Part shown: positions 40,536 through 49,827 of the stretch, in pieces | How positions within the stretch are numbered: position 1 is the first letter of the stretch | How the letters are laid out: each line of letters begins with the position of its first letter | From: a virus | Reading direction: 5' to 3' (one strand) | Virus record (IMG/VR): IMGVR_UViG_3300032323_000716 | Span: 51,831 to 115,830 of that record | Length of the DNA stretch: 64,000 nt | Program-made: the position numbers and the translations under genes | The notes under the pieces: generated by a model | Told to the model about the DNA's origin: nothing | Database searches by the model: none | Seen by the model: the letters and a program-made list of their open reading frames with translations, nothing else

Positions 40536-41957
40536 ATGATAAAAGACTACGGATACGAAGAACAAAAACTATATTTAGAATTGATGTTGGCAGACGCTGA
40601 GGTGTTTGTTCGTTGTCAAGGAATTTTTGATCACACATTGTTTGATCGCAAACTACAAGATGCCGCTGAATTCATCAACGAATATGCTAAACAATATTCT
40701 GTATTGCCCGACTACGAAATGGTCAATGCTACTTGCAAGATACAGTTGAGAAAACCTGATGACGCCAAAGAAGGACATCTCGAATGGCTCATGGATGAGT
40801 TTGAAAATTTTACAAGACACAAAGCATTAGAACGTGCTATCATTGGATCTGCAGATCTTTTAGAAAAGAAAGATTATGGCGCAGTAGAAGTCATGATCAA
40901 AGAAGCAGTACAGATAGGTCTTGCCAAAGACATGGGCACAGACTATTTTGCAGATCCTCGTTCTAGATTGATGCGTATCAAAGATAAGAATGGACAGATT
41001 AGCACTGGGTGGCCTAGTCTTGATCGTAGACTGTTTGGTGGCATGAACAGGGGCGAACTGAATATCTTTGCAGGTGGTTCAGGAGCAGGTAAATCTTTGT
41101 TCTTGGCTAACCTTGGTGTGAACTGGGCATTGAATGGTTTGAATGTTGTTTATCTAACATTAGAACTTTCTGAAGATCTAGTTTGTATGCGTATGGATGC
41201 AATGACCACTGGCGTACATACTAAAGAGATTTTTAAAGAATTAGATGATGTAGAAATGAAGGTTAGAATCATCGGAAAGAAATCAGGAGCATATCAGGTC
41301 AAATATATGCCTTCCGGTAAAACTGCCAATGACATTCGTGCTTATCTCAAAGAATACGAAATTAAAACTGGACGTAAAGTTGATGTGCTGTTAGTAGACT
41401 ATTTGGACTTGCTCATGCCAATCAGTAAAAAGATTAGTCCTGCAGATTTGTTTATCAAAGACAAATATGTGTCAGAAGAACTGCGTAATCTTGCAGTTGA
41501 AAGACAATGCATCTTAGTTACTGCGGCACAGTTGAACCGTGGTGCTGTTGAAGAAGTTGAGTTTGATCACAGTCATATTTCGGGCGGTCTGTCAAAGATT
41601 CAAACTGCGGATAACGTGTTTGGTATCTTTACCAGCCGTGCAATGCGTGAACGTGGTCGTTATCAAATACAATTAATGAAAACTCGTTCATCTAGTGGTG
41701 TGGGACAAAAAGTGGATCTAGAATTTAATTTAGAGACACTTAAGATTAGCGATCTGCCAGAAGATGAACAAGAAAGTCATAATGGTGCCGGAAGAGGCGC
41801 CAGCAGTATTATTGAAAATATCAAGCGTAAGACAGAAGTACAAAGAGAAGAACCAGGCGAAGGAGCCCCTATTGGCAAGGTCCGCGGACAGGTAGAAAGT
41901 ACAAAGTTACGCGAAATCTTGAATAAAATAGGCACAGATGAAGACGCACCGTTTTGA
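40536..41957 (+). CDS. replicative DNA helicase (gp41/DnaB-like)
   Basis: GGSGAGKS, TLELSE, VDYLDL, TAAQLNR, MKTR. Confidence 0.9.
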   Translation: MIKDYGYEEQKLYLELMLADAEVFVRCQGIFDHTLFDRKLQDAAEFINEYAKQYSVLPDYEMVNATCKIQLRKPDDAKEGHLEWLMDEFENFTRHKALERAIIGSADLLEKKDYGAVEVMIKEAVQIGLAKDMGTDYFADPRSRLMRIKDKNGQISTGWPSLDRRLFGGMNRGELNIFAGGSGAGKSLFLANLGVNWALNGLNVVYLTLELSEDLVCMRMDAMTTGVHTKEIFKELDDVEMKVRIIGKKSGAYQVKYMPSGKTANDIRAYLKEYEIKTGRKVDVLLVDYLDLLMPISKKISPADLFIKDKYVSEELRNLAVERQCILVTAAQLNRGAVEEVEFDHSHISGGLSKIQTADNVFGIFTSRAMRERGRYQIQLMKTRSSSGVGQKVDLEFNLETLKISDLPEDEQESHNGAGRGASSIIENIKRKTEVQREEPGEGAPIGKVRGQVESTKLREILNKIGTDEDAPF

Positions 41958-42177
41958 ACTTTATCATTGGCACACACGCAACGGTAAAGATATAATAGAA
42001 GTAGACTGGCCTAAAGTACATAAAACTGTAGGCATTGATCTAATAAATTGGATCAACAAACAGCCTAAAGAAAAATGTCAATTAGTAGTAGATAAACTAA
42101 ATGACGATTTCAAATTAATGGCTGAATTTTATGATGAACAAACAGTAATGACCTATCATTTAATGTGGGCTAAATAA
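41938..42177 (+). CDS. hypothetical protein
   Basis: 79-aa ORF overlapping helicase end. Confidence 0.55.
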   Translation: MKTHRFELYHWHTRNGKDIIEVDWPKVHKTVGIDLINWINKQPKEKCQLVVDKLNDDFKLMAEFYDEQTVMTYHLMWAK

Positions 42178-42180
42178 TGG

Positions 42181-42894
42181 ATGCGTCTACGAGAATTAAA
42201 CGAACGTGCAGAATTTGTCACAGTTAACAGAACCCTAAATCCAAAGATTTGGAAGGGCGATCAATTAGATCCCGCTGTTAAATCTAAATTAATAGAAATC
42301 GCTCGTGCCTTTGAGGAATTCGTCGGAATTGATCTAGAGGTAGAAGATTATACTATCACTGGTTCTAATGCCAACTATACCTGGACACAGTATTCAGATC
42401 TTGATCTACATCTTATTGTTCCCGGCACTCCATCAGATGAACAGCGTGAGTTGTTCAATGCTAAAAAAGCCCTATGGGCAGAACAGCACAATATCACTAT
42501 TAAAAGTCTGCCTGTAGAATGTTATGTTCAAGGCGAAGACGAACCTCATCATTCAACCGGTGTTTATAGTATTGCTAAAGATCGCTGGTTAATAGAGCCT
42601 AAGAAGGTCGAACCCAAGATCGACGATGCTTCAGTAGAAGCCAAAAAAGATTCAGTGATGCATGATGTTGAAATAGCCATGCTTAGTAAAGATCTAAACA
42701 AGTTACGCATAGTCAAAGAAAAAATAACTAAGATGCGCAAAGCAGGTTTAGAAAGAGCAGGAGAATGGTCTGTAGAAAACGTAGTATTCAAGATACTACG
42801 AAATCTCGGTATTATAGATCAACTCAGTGAAAAAATAAGAGAGCTCGAAGATCAAGAACTCTCTTTGGAACAACAGACTAACGTTATTAATTAA
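42181..42894 (+). CDS. Pol-beta-superfamily nucleotidyltransferase-like protein
   Basis: TGS-x9-SDLDLH signature, VECYV third acidic residue. Confidence 0.7.
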   Translation: MRLRELNERAEFVTVNRTLNPKIWKGDQLDPAVKSKLIEIARAFEEFVGIDLEVEDYTITGSNANYTWTQYSDLDLHLIVPGTPSDEQRELFNAKKALWAEQHNITIKSLPVECYVQGEDEPHHSTGVYSIAKDRWLIEPKKVEPKIDDASVEAKKDSVMHDVEIAMLSKDLNKLRIVKEKITKMRKAGLERAGEWSVENVVFKILRNLGIIDQLSEKIRELEDQELSLEQQTNVIN

Positions 42895-43580
42895 TCGTTC
42901 TTATTGCCAAACAGTTGCAGTAGGCTCAAGAAGATATTAATAAAATCTAGATATAGTGTCAAAGCACCTAGGATCTCTAGATTACCTTCATTTTCCACAG
43001 AAACCATTTCACGGATACGTTGCGTATCATATGCAGTCAAGCCTGTGAAAATAACGATAGCCAATGCTGAAATAACCATAGCGGCTACACTGCTACCAAT
43101 AAAAATATTAACAACACTGGCAATAACGATAGCAATCAAACCTACGAACAGGAATGATCCAAGACTGGTAAGATCACGTTTAGTGAAGTAACCATAAAAA
43201 CTCATTACGCCAAATAGGATAGCACCGCCCATAAATGCTGATACGATACTGCCCAAACTGTAGACTACAAAAATTGTAGCAAAACTTAGACCCATTAGAG
43301 CAGCAAATCCATGTAGTGCTAATGTAGCCACAGGCTTGGTCATTTTATAGATACCAAATCCTAGTGCAAAGATGGCTACCAAAGGTGCAAAAATTACAAC
43401 CCATTTCATAGCACCCGTAAAGAAAAATGCCATAGCAGCAGGTGAACTGGCCACTAACAAACTGACAATCATTGAAGTAAGAATGGCCAAACCCATATGA
43501 CCGTATACACGACCCATGGCAGAATTGATCTGATCAGCAGTCCTATATCCAAAAGGTGCGTCAGCGATAAAACTATTCAT
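42891..43580 (-). CDS. Bax inhibitor-1/YccA family membrane protein
   Basis: ~7 hydrophobic helices, AYDTQRI, ALTLYLDFINIF. Confidence 0.9.
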   Translation of the reverse strand: MNSFIADAPFGYRTADQINSAMGRVYGHMGLAILTSMIVSLLVASSPAAMAFFFTGAMKWVVIFAPLVAIFALGFGIYKMTKPVATLALHGFAALMGLSFATIFVVYSLGSIVSAFMGGAILFGVMSFYGYFTKRDLTSLGSFLFVGLIAIVIASVVNIFIGSSVAAMVISALAIVIFTGLTAYDTQRIREMVSVENEGNLEILGALTLYLDFINIFLSLLQLFGNKND

Positions 43581-43609
43581 AGTAACATCTCCTAGTTAAG
43601 ATAGTGTTT

Positions 43610-43638
43610 ATTATACACTAATTTATCAGGTATGTCAA
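43610..43638 (-). promoter_or_regulatory. sigma70 promoter for BI-1 gene
   Basis: TTGACA-N17-TATAAT on minus strand. Confidence 0.75.
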
Positions 43639-43641
43639 TGA

Positions 43642-44505
43642 TCAGCGGTCTAATTGGCCTGTTTTGACACCGACTCGTTTGGCCCAGGGTATAATTGGAC
43701 GGAATCGATCTTTGTTCGATCTGTTCTTTTCTAGAACAATCATTTCCAATTCTTTTTCACAGAATTCTTGATCGTCTAACATACCTTCTATTAAAAAGTT
43801 TCTATGAAAGCCCTGTGTGAGATCTAATTCTTGATCTGTAACTAGACTTTGGAAAACTTTTTTAGATAGTATTTCGTGATTACGCAAGCAGAGATGATTG
43901 TACCTAGCATCTACTCCATGCCAGTATCGATTGCTTACTTCGCCTTCAGGATCTTGAAATTCGTGATATTGTACATCACTCATCAGACTGCCCTTGGCTA
44001 TTTTCAATTCTTCAAACTCCATGCCTTGATCTAGATCTTGATCAAAGCATTTAATGATCAACGGTTTTTTTAATTTTCTACGCTGTACTTGATAGGCCAC
44101 ATAGGCCAATCTATTATTAACATTCATAAGATCTATCATGGGACGCTGAATGTAACGTATGTATAGTTCAATGGCTTTGGCTTCTTCTTTGGTAACCCAA
44201 CGGTCTAGATCTATGACGTTGGCATTGGACATTTCAGGTAGTCGATCTAGAAACCACACACGACTAGGATGTGTAAGACAAATGATCAAATGATCATCAG
44301 CAGTCATTTCATAATTCAACCATATCTGCAGATGCGTCCATAACCAATCTTGACTACTGCCTATGAGACTGTTGTTGATCAACTGTGATTCATGTCCGAG
44401 ATGGTTTTTTAATTTTTCATTGACCAATCTAGGCCAAGTCATAGTGTTGTCACCTTTGGGTGGACTTGATGCGAAACTGTCGCCTATAACGAATAATCTA
44501 CTCAT
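43642..44505 (-). CDS. SGNH/GDSL hydrolase-like protein
   Basis: VIGDSF block I, C-term RYNHL. Confidence 0.55.
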   Translation of the reverse strand: MSRLFVIGDSFASSPPKGDNTMTWPRLVNEKLKNHLGHESQLINNSLIGSSQDWLWTHLQIWLNYEMTADDHLIICLTHPSRVWFLDRLPEMSNANVIDLDRWVTKEEAKAIELYIRYIQRPMIDLMNVNNRLAYVAYQVQRRKLKKPLIIKCFDQDLDQGMEFEELKIAKGSLMSDVQYHEFQDPEGEVSNRYWHGVDARYNHLCLRNHEILSKKVFQSLVTDQELDLTQGFHRNFLIEGMLDDQEFCEKELEMIVLEKNRSNKDRFRPIIPWAKRVGVKTGQLDR

Positions 44506-44506
44506 G

Positions 44507-45391
44507 TTATTTTAACTTTAACCAAGGATATTTTTTCTTTTTTTCTTGCTGTCTAGTAAATTCTAGTTTGTGCCAATCCAGTTCTCTACGACAGAAATCT
44601 TCGTCTTCTAAAACTCCGTCTTTTAGCAGACCCTGCACAAAGCCACTGTTTAGATCAACAGTGGTCTGCTTCATAAACGAATCAATGATCTTATCGGCCA
44701 CGATGCTGTGATTGCTAAGGCAGAGATGATTGTATCTACAGTCTACCCCTTTGAAAAATGTAGTGCTGTCTTCCTCACCTACCAAGTATTCCAGAGCCTG
44801 TACTGAGAACAGATTACCTTGAGCCCAATTTAATTCTTCTATGGATTCTACTTCAGTGATATCCGAAGCAAAACAATTTATCATCAAAGGTCTACGTAGA
44901 CCACGCTTTAGCACTTCATAGGCCAGGCTCTTCATACGGTTAGTCTGATGCAGTGTATCCAATTCAGGACGTTGTATGTGCTGCATGAACATCTGTATGG
45001 CCAGTGTTTGATCTTTGGTTAGATACTGCTCTAGATTGATTATGTAATGATTACTGAGATTTGGATGCTCGTCTATGTACCAAAAACGATTTGGATGCGT
45101 GACTGCTACGATCATATAATCTTCAGGTTCTAAGAGATTCATGGCCTTGTTGATCTGTGTCCAGCAGAAATCCTGCGCGACTCCGTATTGGCTGTAATTG
45201 ACCACGGCCAATTCCTGATGCTGCCTGCTCAGGCCTGAGGCTACCAAATTTAACCAAGTCTGCGTTTTGGGTCTAGGATTGCCCTGCGTCCAAGTATCGC
45301 CGGGTGTGGCATAGAGTCCGAAAGTATCTGACCCTGTGTAGATCTGTGGAGGTACTGTAAAACTGTCTCCGAAAACATAAAGTGTAGGCAT
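44507..45391 (-). CDS. SGNH/GDSL hydrolase-like protein (paralog)
   Basis: VFGDSF, THP.R.W, IQRP, GVDCRYNHLC shared with neighbour; start ATG45391 by alignment. Confidence 0.55.
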   Translation of the reverse strand: MPTLYVFGDSFTVPPQIYTGSDTFGLYATPGDTWTQGNPRPKTQTWLNLVASGLSRQHQELAVVNYSQYGVAQDFCWTQINKAMNLLEPEDYMIVAVTHPNRFWYIDEHPNLSNHYIINLEQYLTKDQTLAIQMFMQHIQRPELDTLHQTNRMKSLAYEVLKRGLRRPLMINCFASDITEVESIEELNWAQGNLFSVQALEYLVGEEDSTTFFKGVDCRYNHLCLSNHSIVADKIIDSFMKQTTVDLNSGFVQGLLKDGVLEDEDFCRRELDWHKLEFTRQQEKKKKYPWLKLK

Positions 45392-45468
45392 ATGTTTAAT
45401 TATCTGTTTCGCCATTTCCTGGGGTTTTTCTTGACAGAAGTTAAATACACATATTATAATAACGAATC

Positions 45469-45903
45469 ATGCTAGAAAAAATCACCGAACTCACTGAAGA
45501 ACTATTGCGACTACTCAAGGACGATCCAGTGCGTCCTGAAATCCCTGCGGATTTTCGTGTAGACGAACACGGATCAGTTTTTGTACTAAAGAACGATCAA
45601 GGCGAAACAGTGGCAGTGACCTGTGTGAAATTTCTAGCAGGCATACCAGAAACTGTGGAAGATCTGCACACTTTGGCCAGAGATTCTACCACTGCGGTAT
45701 TTTATACCATATGGTCATATGCTGCTGGTGCAGGCCGTGAATTGATTGAACAGGCACAGCAGGACATCAAAGTCCGTATGCCCGCAGTGAATACTTTTGT
45801 TACACTAAGTCCTAAAACTGAAATGGCTCGTAGATTTCACCTGAAAAACGGTGCAGAAGTCTATAGAGAAAATCCAGATACAGTCAACTATCTATATCAC
45901 TGA
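45469..45903 (+). CDS. GNAT-fold protein resembling malonyl-CoA decarboxylase catalytic domain
   Basis: TAVFYTIWSY..GAGRELI and FVTLSP; promoter TTGACA-N18-TATAAT at 45431-45460. Confidence 0.55.
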   Translation: MLEKITELTEELLRLLKDDPVRPEIPADFRVDEHGSVFVLKNDQGETVAVTCVKFLAGIPETVEDLHTLARDSTTAVFYTIWSYAAGAGRELIEQAQQDIKVRMPAVNTFVTLSPKTEMARRFHLKNGAEVYRENPDTVNYLYH

Positions 45904-46103
45904 TAGCCGGGTTTAGAACCCACTTCATATCTAGTGATTTCTGCTACCCATGTGTCTCTGCTGCGATCAGCCTGAGTTTGAGCAAAGCGTTGCGCTTCTT
46001 GATTGGCAGTTTCCTGATCAGTGATCACATAGCCGTCTAGAAACTGCTTTTGTAGGCGTATGTTGGTGCGTGTGTTACGTGCCATGATTTTCCATGCTTG
46101 CAT
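45897..46103 (-). CDS. hypothetical protein
   Basis: 68 aa, GGGAG RBS, TAAATA upstream. Confidence 0.55.
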   Translation of the reverse strand: MQAWKIMARNTRTNIRLQKQFLDGYVITDQETANQEAQRFAQTQADRSRDTWVAEITRYEVGSKPGYQ

Positions 46104-46202
46104 GATATCACTCCCTGTTTGTAATATTTAGCCCTTGGGTGGACAATTTTTTGGCGAAGCCCAGCGCAAAAATTTTAGCGCGAAGCGTTTAGCGCAGATT
46201 TT

Positions 46203-46769
46203 TTAAGGAGCCTTAGGCATACCCCGAACCGTGTAGTTAAAGTTTAGAACTATACGAGTTTCATGCTGATCCGGAGTAGTACTGCTGTGCATATGTTCTC
46301 CGGGAAAGTCTATCCACGAATTAGCAGTAGGTGTTTGTCGCAGCCATTCTGTGTAGCGTCTACTAGGCGCAGTTTCTTCAAAGATCACTGTATCACCACT
46401 AGAAGTCATGGGATACCATATGCCCGCACGATGCGGGTACTGTTGGTCTTTGTGGGGGGTATGCTGTATCTGTCTAGGAGTACGTGTGCTGAGTCCCAGT
46501 CTAATACGTAGAATTTCCTGTAGTTCTTGTCCTGTGCGATCACAGGCAGCAATCAGTATCTGTATAGCATTTTCTGCCAAAGGACTAGCAGGTTCGTCAT
46601 TTTTGTAGACAAGATGGCTGAACGATCCTGCATATTCAGGTAACTGTGCAAGATCGTTAGGGTTAGCAGTATAGGGTAGATAGAACCAGGGTATTTCTTT
46701 GCTGGTAAATTTATGCGACTGATATTCAAACAGTTGCGGCGATAGTAGATCCGTGACTTGATGTATCAT
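46203..46769 (-). CDS. 2OG-Fe(II) oxygenase-like protein
   Basis: HxD (PHKD), GDT, distal H (HSS), R.V.NFN. Confidence 0.7.
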   Translation of the reverse strand: MIHQVTDLLSPQLFEYQSHKFTSKEIPWFYLPYTANPNDLAQLPEYAGSFSHLVYKNDEPASPLAENAIQILIAACDRTGQELQEILRIRLGLSTRTPRQIQHTPHKDQQYPHRAGIWYPMTSSGDTVIFEETAPSRRYTEWLRQTPTANSWIDFPGEHMHSSTTPDQHETRIVLNFNYTVRGMPKAP

Positions 46770-46779
46770 CACGTACTTA

Positions 46780-47211
46780 TTATATGTTTAACAGTTGTAA
46801 TCTACGATCTGGATGCAGCATGGAACAAAGGAACTTCTGTATGTGATAGAACCAATTGCCCAACTGTGTAAAACGGCTGTCATGACTGAAGTCAGCCAAG
46901 GTGTAATATGTTGAAATACCCAGTGTAGCATAGTAGTCCATGGGTATGCCACGACGCTGTCCATAATCGGGTTGTAGACTGCAGAATATCAGTGTTGAGT
47001 CTGCAAACTCTCTAAATGGCCCGGGTCTATATGCAGAATACAGTCTAAGATATGATTCTGCAAATGAAGGAGTGGGTATAAAATCGGGCCTATCAAAACG
47101 CTCTACTAGTATGTCAGTAAGATACTCCAACAGCAATTCAGGCGCAGCAAAACCCACTTGCGCACTGTGATCTAGGACCAAGGTCCTAAACTGCTCACGG
47201 ACCGCCATCAT
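46780..47211 (-). CDS. hypothetical protein
   Basis: 143-aa ORF. Confidence 0.55.
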   Translation of the reverse strand: MMAVREQFRTLVLDHSAQVGFAAPELLLEYLTDILVERFDRPDFIPTPSFAESYLRLYSAYRPGPFREFADSTLIFCSLQPDYGQRRGIPMDYYATLGISTYYTLADFSHDSRFTQLGNWFYHIQKFLCSMLHPDRRLQLLNI

Positions 47212-47222
47212 GTTAGTACAGT

Positions 47223-47435
47223 TTAAACTGGTCTTAGTCCGTGTACTGCAGGATTGTATTCAGCAGGGTTTGATGCAGATGCTAATACTTCTGGTACGTC
47301 TGGTGTGATACCTTCATCAGGCACAAATGGATGTGCTTTAGGTGCTTCTACAGTGTTATCACTGTTTTGACGCTCAGCATTTAGTTTAGCAGTATCTTCG
47401 CCGTTCTTGATAAATTCTTTAGTGGTTTTAGCCAT
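47223..47435 (-). CDS. hypothetical protein
   Basis: Start ATG47435 with AAGGAG RBS and TAAATA. Confidence 0.55.
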   Translation of the reverse strand: MAKTTKEFIKNGEDTAKLNAERQNSDNTVEAPKAHPFVPDEGITPDVPEVLASASNPAEYNPAVHGLRPV

Positions 47436-47439
47436 TTGA

Positions 47440-47709
47440 TTATTGCTCCTTGTATTGATATTTATCAGTACGGCCCCAGGAAATCCTTGCCCATATACGA
47501 TCATACAAGTAGAATGAAGTCATCCATATGGCATTTATAACCAGTGTGGGAACCAGTGCAGATTCAAGGCTTTGTCCAGCGACTAAGAGCATGATATAGG
47601 TAGTGATCAAAACCCATATACGATATATGACTGTTTTAACTAGGCTGCGTGTGCGAGTTTCGTAGATCACAGTAGAATTAACTCTAAGAGTATGATAATA
47701 TCTACCCAA
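47440..47709 (-). CDS. DUF2061-like small membrane protein
   Basis: ETRTRSLVKTVIYRI ... YDRIWARISWG. Confidence 0.65.
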   Translation of the reverse strand: MGRYYHTLRVNSTVIYETRTRSLVKTVIYRIWVLITTYIMLLVAGQSLESALVPTLVINAIWMTSFYLYDRIWARISWGRTDKYQYKEQ

Positions 47710-47737
47710 TCTAACGGTGGCTGTGTAATGGGTACAA

Positions 47738-47914
47738 TCATCGTAGATACTCTATATAGTAGCAGACAGCGGCCAGCACAACAATCACAAAAACCCACGC
47801 CCATGCGTCCCAGTGATTGACTTCACCGTGCTTACAGTAGTAGATATCCTGATCTGGATCATAATGATAGACACGGCCGTTGCGTGTGACTGTTTCGTTA
47901 TAGAGATCGTTCAT
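47738..47914 (-). CDS. small membrane protein
   Basis: C-terminal hydrophobic helix. Confidence 0.5.
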   Translation of the reverse strand: MNDLYNETVTRNGRVYHYDPDQDIYYCKHGEVNHWDAWAWVFVIVVLAAVCYYIEYLR

Positions 47915-48088
47915 ACATATATGTAGCCCAAATGGGTCCTGCAGGGTAAAAAATTGGCCGCGCAAAAAATTTGAGTAGTAACTTTATCTATTCAGGGTGG
48001 TGATTTTAGACCATTAGTCATAAGTTAGCACATACTAACATATACACACTATGCCGGCCACCCCACCATGCCCCACCACCGACCACCA

Positions 48089-48289
48089 TCAACACCTCGG
48101 AGTCTGGTAGGGTCCACACTGTCTCAGATGGCCACAGCATCTGCGCTCTGCTGCGTTGTCCCAGTTAGGCAGTTGCTCGAAGAGACTCTGCCCCGGCTTA
48201 GGATCCCACGCAGCATCTCTAGGATCGCGTGTTGCGCAGCCTGCTAACAGTAGACTAACTGCAGATGCGGCTAATACAGTCTTTAACAT
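48089..48289 (-). CDS. putative lipoprotein
   Basis: Signal peptide with LLAGC lipobox; Cys-rich C-term. Confidence 0.6.
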   Translation of the reverse strand: MLKTVLAASAVSLLLAGCATRDPRDAAWDPKPGQSLFEQLPNWDNAAERRCCGHLRQCGPYQTPRC

Positions 48290-48479
48290 CTTCAGTGATC
48301 TCTGTGTGTTGATCCATTACTGCTGCGATCATTAGTTGATGTATGACCACAGCATCCTTCTTATAGTCTGCGGGCATACTGTTAATAAGAGTCTGCACAT
48401 GTTCTTGACTCTCACAGTTCCAAAGCAGATCAGCAATCTGATACTGTTGATGAGTTAGGCCTTCTAGAGTAATAGTCAT
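48255..48479 (-). CDS. hypothetical protein
   Basis: 74-aa coupled ORF. Confidence 0.55.
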   Translation of the reverse strand: MTITLEGLTHQQYQIADLLWNCESQEHVQTLINSMPADYKKDAVVIHQLMIAAVMDQHTEITEDVKDCISRICS

Positions 48480-48700
48480 TAACTGTCCTTGATCTTCTTG
48501 AGTATGTTCTCACGTTCTAAACGATCTACTTCTGTTTGATATACGAAACGAATACCATATGCAAAGAACACCACAGCCCATGCTAGGCCTACCCATTCTA
48601 TGCCCAAGTAGTGAACAGCCACTGAGTTAGCAGCACCCAGCAGCAGTGCTGAGGTTGCAAATAAGACTGTGCGTTTTAGTGCTATTTGTTTTAGATTCAT
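48479..48700 (-). CDS. small membrane protein
   Basis: Two hydrophobic segments. Confidence 0.55.
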   Translation of the reverse strand: MNLKQIALKRTVLFATSALLLGAANSVAVHYLGIEWVGLAWAVVFFAYGIRFVYQTEVDRLERENILKKIKDS

Positions 48701-48701
48701 A

Positions 48702-48887
48702 TCAACTGTCCTTAACTAACTCTACACCAATATACATCAACATAAGGCTAGTCACTGTGACGCCAATTGAAGCAATCAGTTCTGAGGTATTCATGCTGGC
48801 TTCTACGCCGCCAACACCAAATCCTGCGCCCACAATGCCCGCAATCACTGCGATCATTCCCACTTTAACTTTGATTAATTCCTGCAT
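48702..48887 (-). CDS. small membrane protein
   Basis: Two hydrophobic segments, GAGAGCGA RBS. Confidence 0.55.
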   Translation of the reverse strand: MQELIKVKVGMIAVIAGIVGAGFGVGGVEASMNTSELIASIGVTVTSLMLMYIGVELVKDS

Positions 48888-48953
48888 CATTCGCTCTCTT
48901 TCTTTGTGTGTATGTGTCAATTATACTGTCAATTCGTTGAGTTGTCAACCAAA

Positions 48954-49274
48954 TTAACGAGGAATACGCACAACAATGCCCTGTGCTGTAGCCACAACTT
49001 CATAGCCCTTGTCTTCTAGAATGCTAACTGCCTGTTTAGAGATCGTTTTATCACGAGCAATTTGGCCTGCAATCTTTACAGCAATAAACTTCTTGCGATA
49101 GTTAATGTATGAGTTAGCATAAGCGTAGGCAGTGTCCAGAATGTCCAGGGCTCGTTGTGCTAGGCACTGCTGCTCCCTAGTGTATGTGCAGGCCATCTCT
49201 CTGTTGCGATAGTGTGCGTTGACTGCTGCTTTGTATGCGTTGTCTTCTGCTGATCGTGTGTTAAGTTGTTTCAT
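48954..49274 (-). CDS. hypothetical protein
   Basis: Own promoter and AGGAGCGC RBS. Confidence 0.6.
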   Translation of the reverse strand: MKQLNTRSAEDNAYKAAVNAHYRNREMACTYTREQQCLAQRALDILDTAYAYANSYINYRKKFIAVKIAGQIARDKTISKQAVSILEDKGYEVVATAQGIVVRIPR

Positions 49275-49328
49275 GTTGCGCTCCTGTTTGTGTATATGTG
49301 TTTATTATAAGGCCGCGAGCCCAAATGG

Positions 49329-49565
49329 TCAACCAAAATAGCGGAATAACCCGCCACAGCATACGGCGATTGCCACTGCGTTGATCAGCATCTGCGGACG
49401 GTTGTTAACACGCACAGTCCAGACGAAGAAGCAAACACCACCTAGCAATCCGAACACAATGTTCCAAGGATGCAGTTCGGGGAAGTAGCTCATGATCACG
49501 TACATGGCCAAGATGTTGGCTGTACCTAACCACTGGATTGTTTCGTCTATGTGTTTGTATGTCAT
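49329..49565 (-). CDS. small membrane protein
   Basis: Three hydrophobic segments; -10 box 6 nt upstream of ATG. Confidence 0.6.
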   Translation of the reverse strand: MTYKHIDETIQWLGTANILAMYVIMSYFPELHPWNIVFGLLGGVCFFVWTVRVNNRPQMLINAVAIAVCCGGLFRYFG

Positions 49566-49596
49566 GTAGTTATTATACGGTCATTTAGCCAAAATG

Positions 49597-49827
49597 TCAA
49601 CCATTTTTCGTGTTGCAGAATTGCCACATCTTTAACTCTGCGCCACGCAGTCCCAGCAGGACTCCCTCGAAGTCCCTGTAGGAGCAGCAGCCTACGATGT
49701 TTGGATATACTCTGTATCCATAGACCTCAACACTCTTTAGAGAGCGTGTGACCGCAGCCTTGGCGGGTCCTGGTTTGGTATAGTACTTGACCAGATTGCC
49801 GTCGTCATCGTAGGTAACCCAGCCCAT
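49597..49827 (-). CDS. hypothetical protein
   Basis: 76-aa coupled ORF. Confidence 0.55.
   Translation of the reverse strand: MGWVTYDDDGNLVKYYTKPGPAKAAVTRSLKSVEVYGYRVYPNIVGCCSYRDFEGVLLGLRGAELKMWQFCNTKNG

Noticed and set aside
10155-41957. Inteins or introns in terL, uvsX, uvsW or helicase
   Set aside because: Lengths are normal, motifs are contiguous and no splice-junction signatures are visible.
446-43191. Short overlapping or antisense ORFs inside core genes (e.g. 4801, 13720, 15690, 32870, 34849, 42904)
   Set aside because: Fully nested in motif-supported genes with no independent signals.
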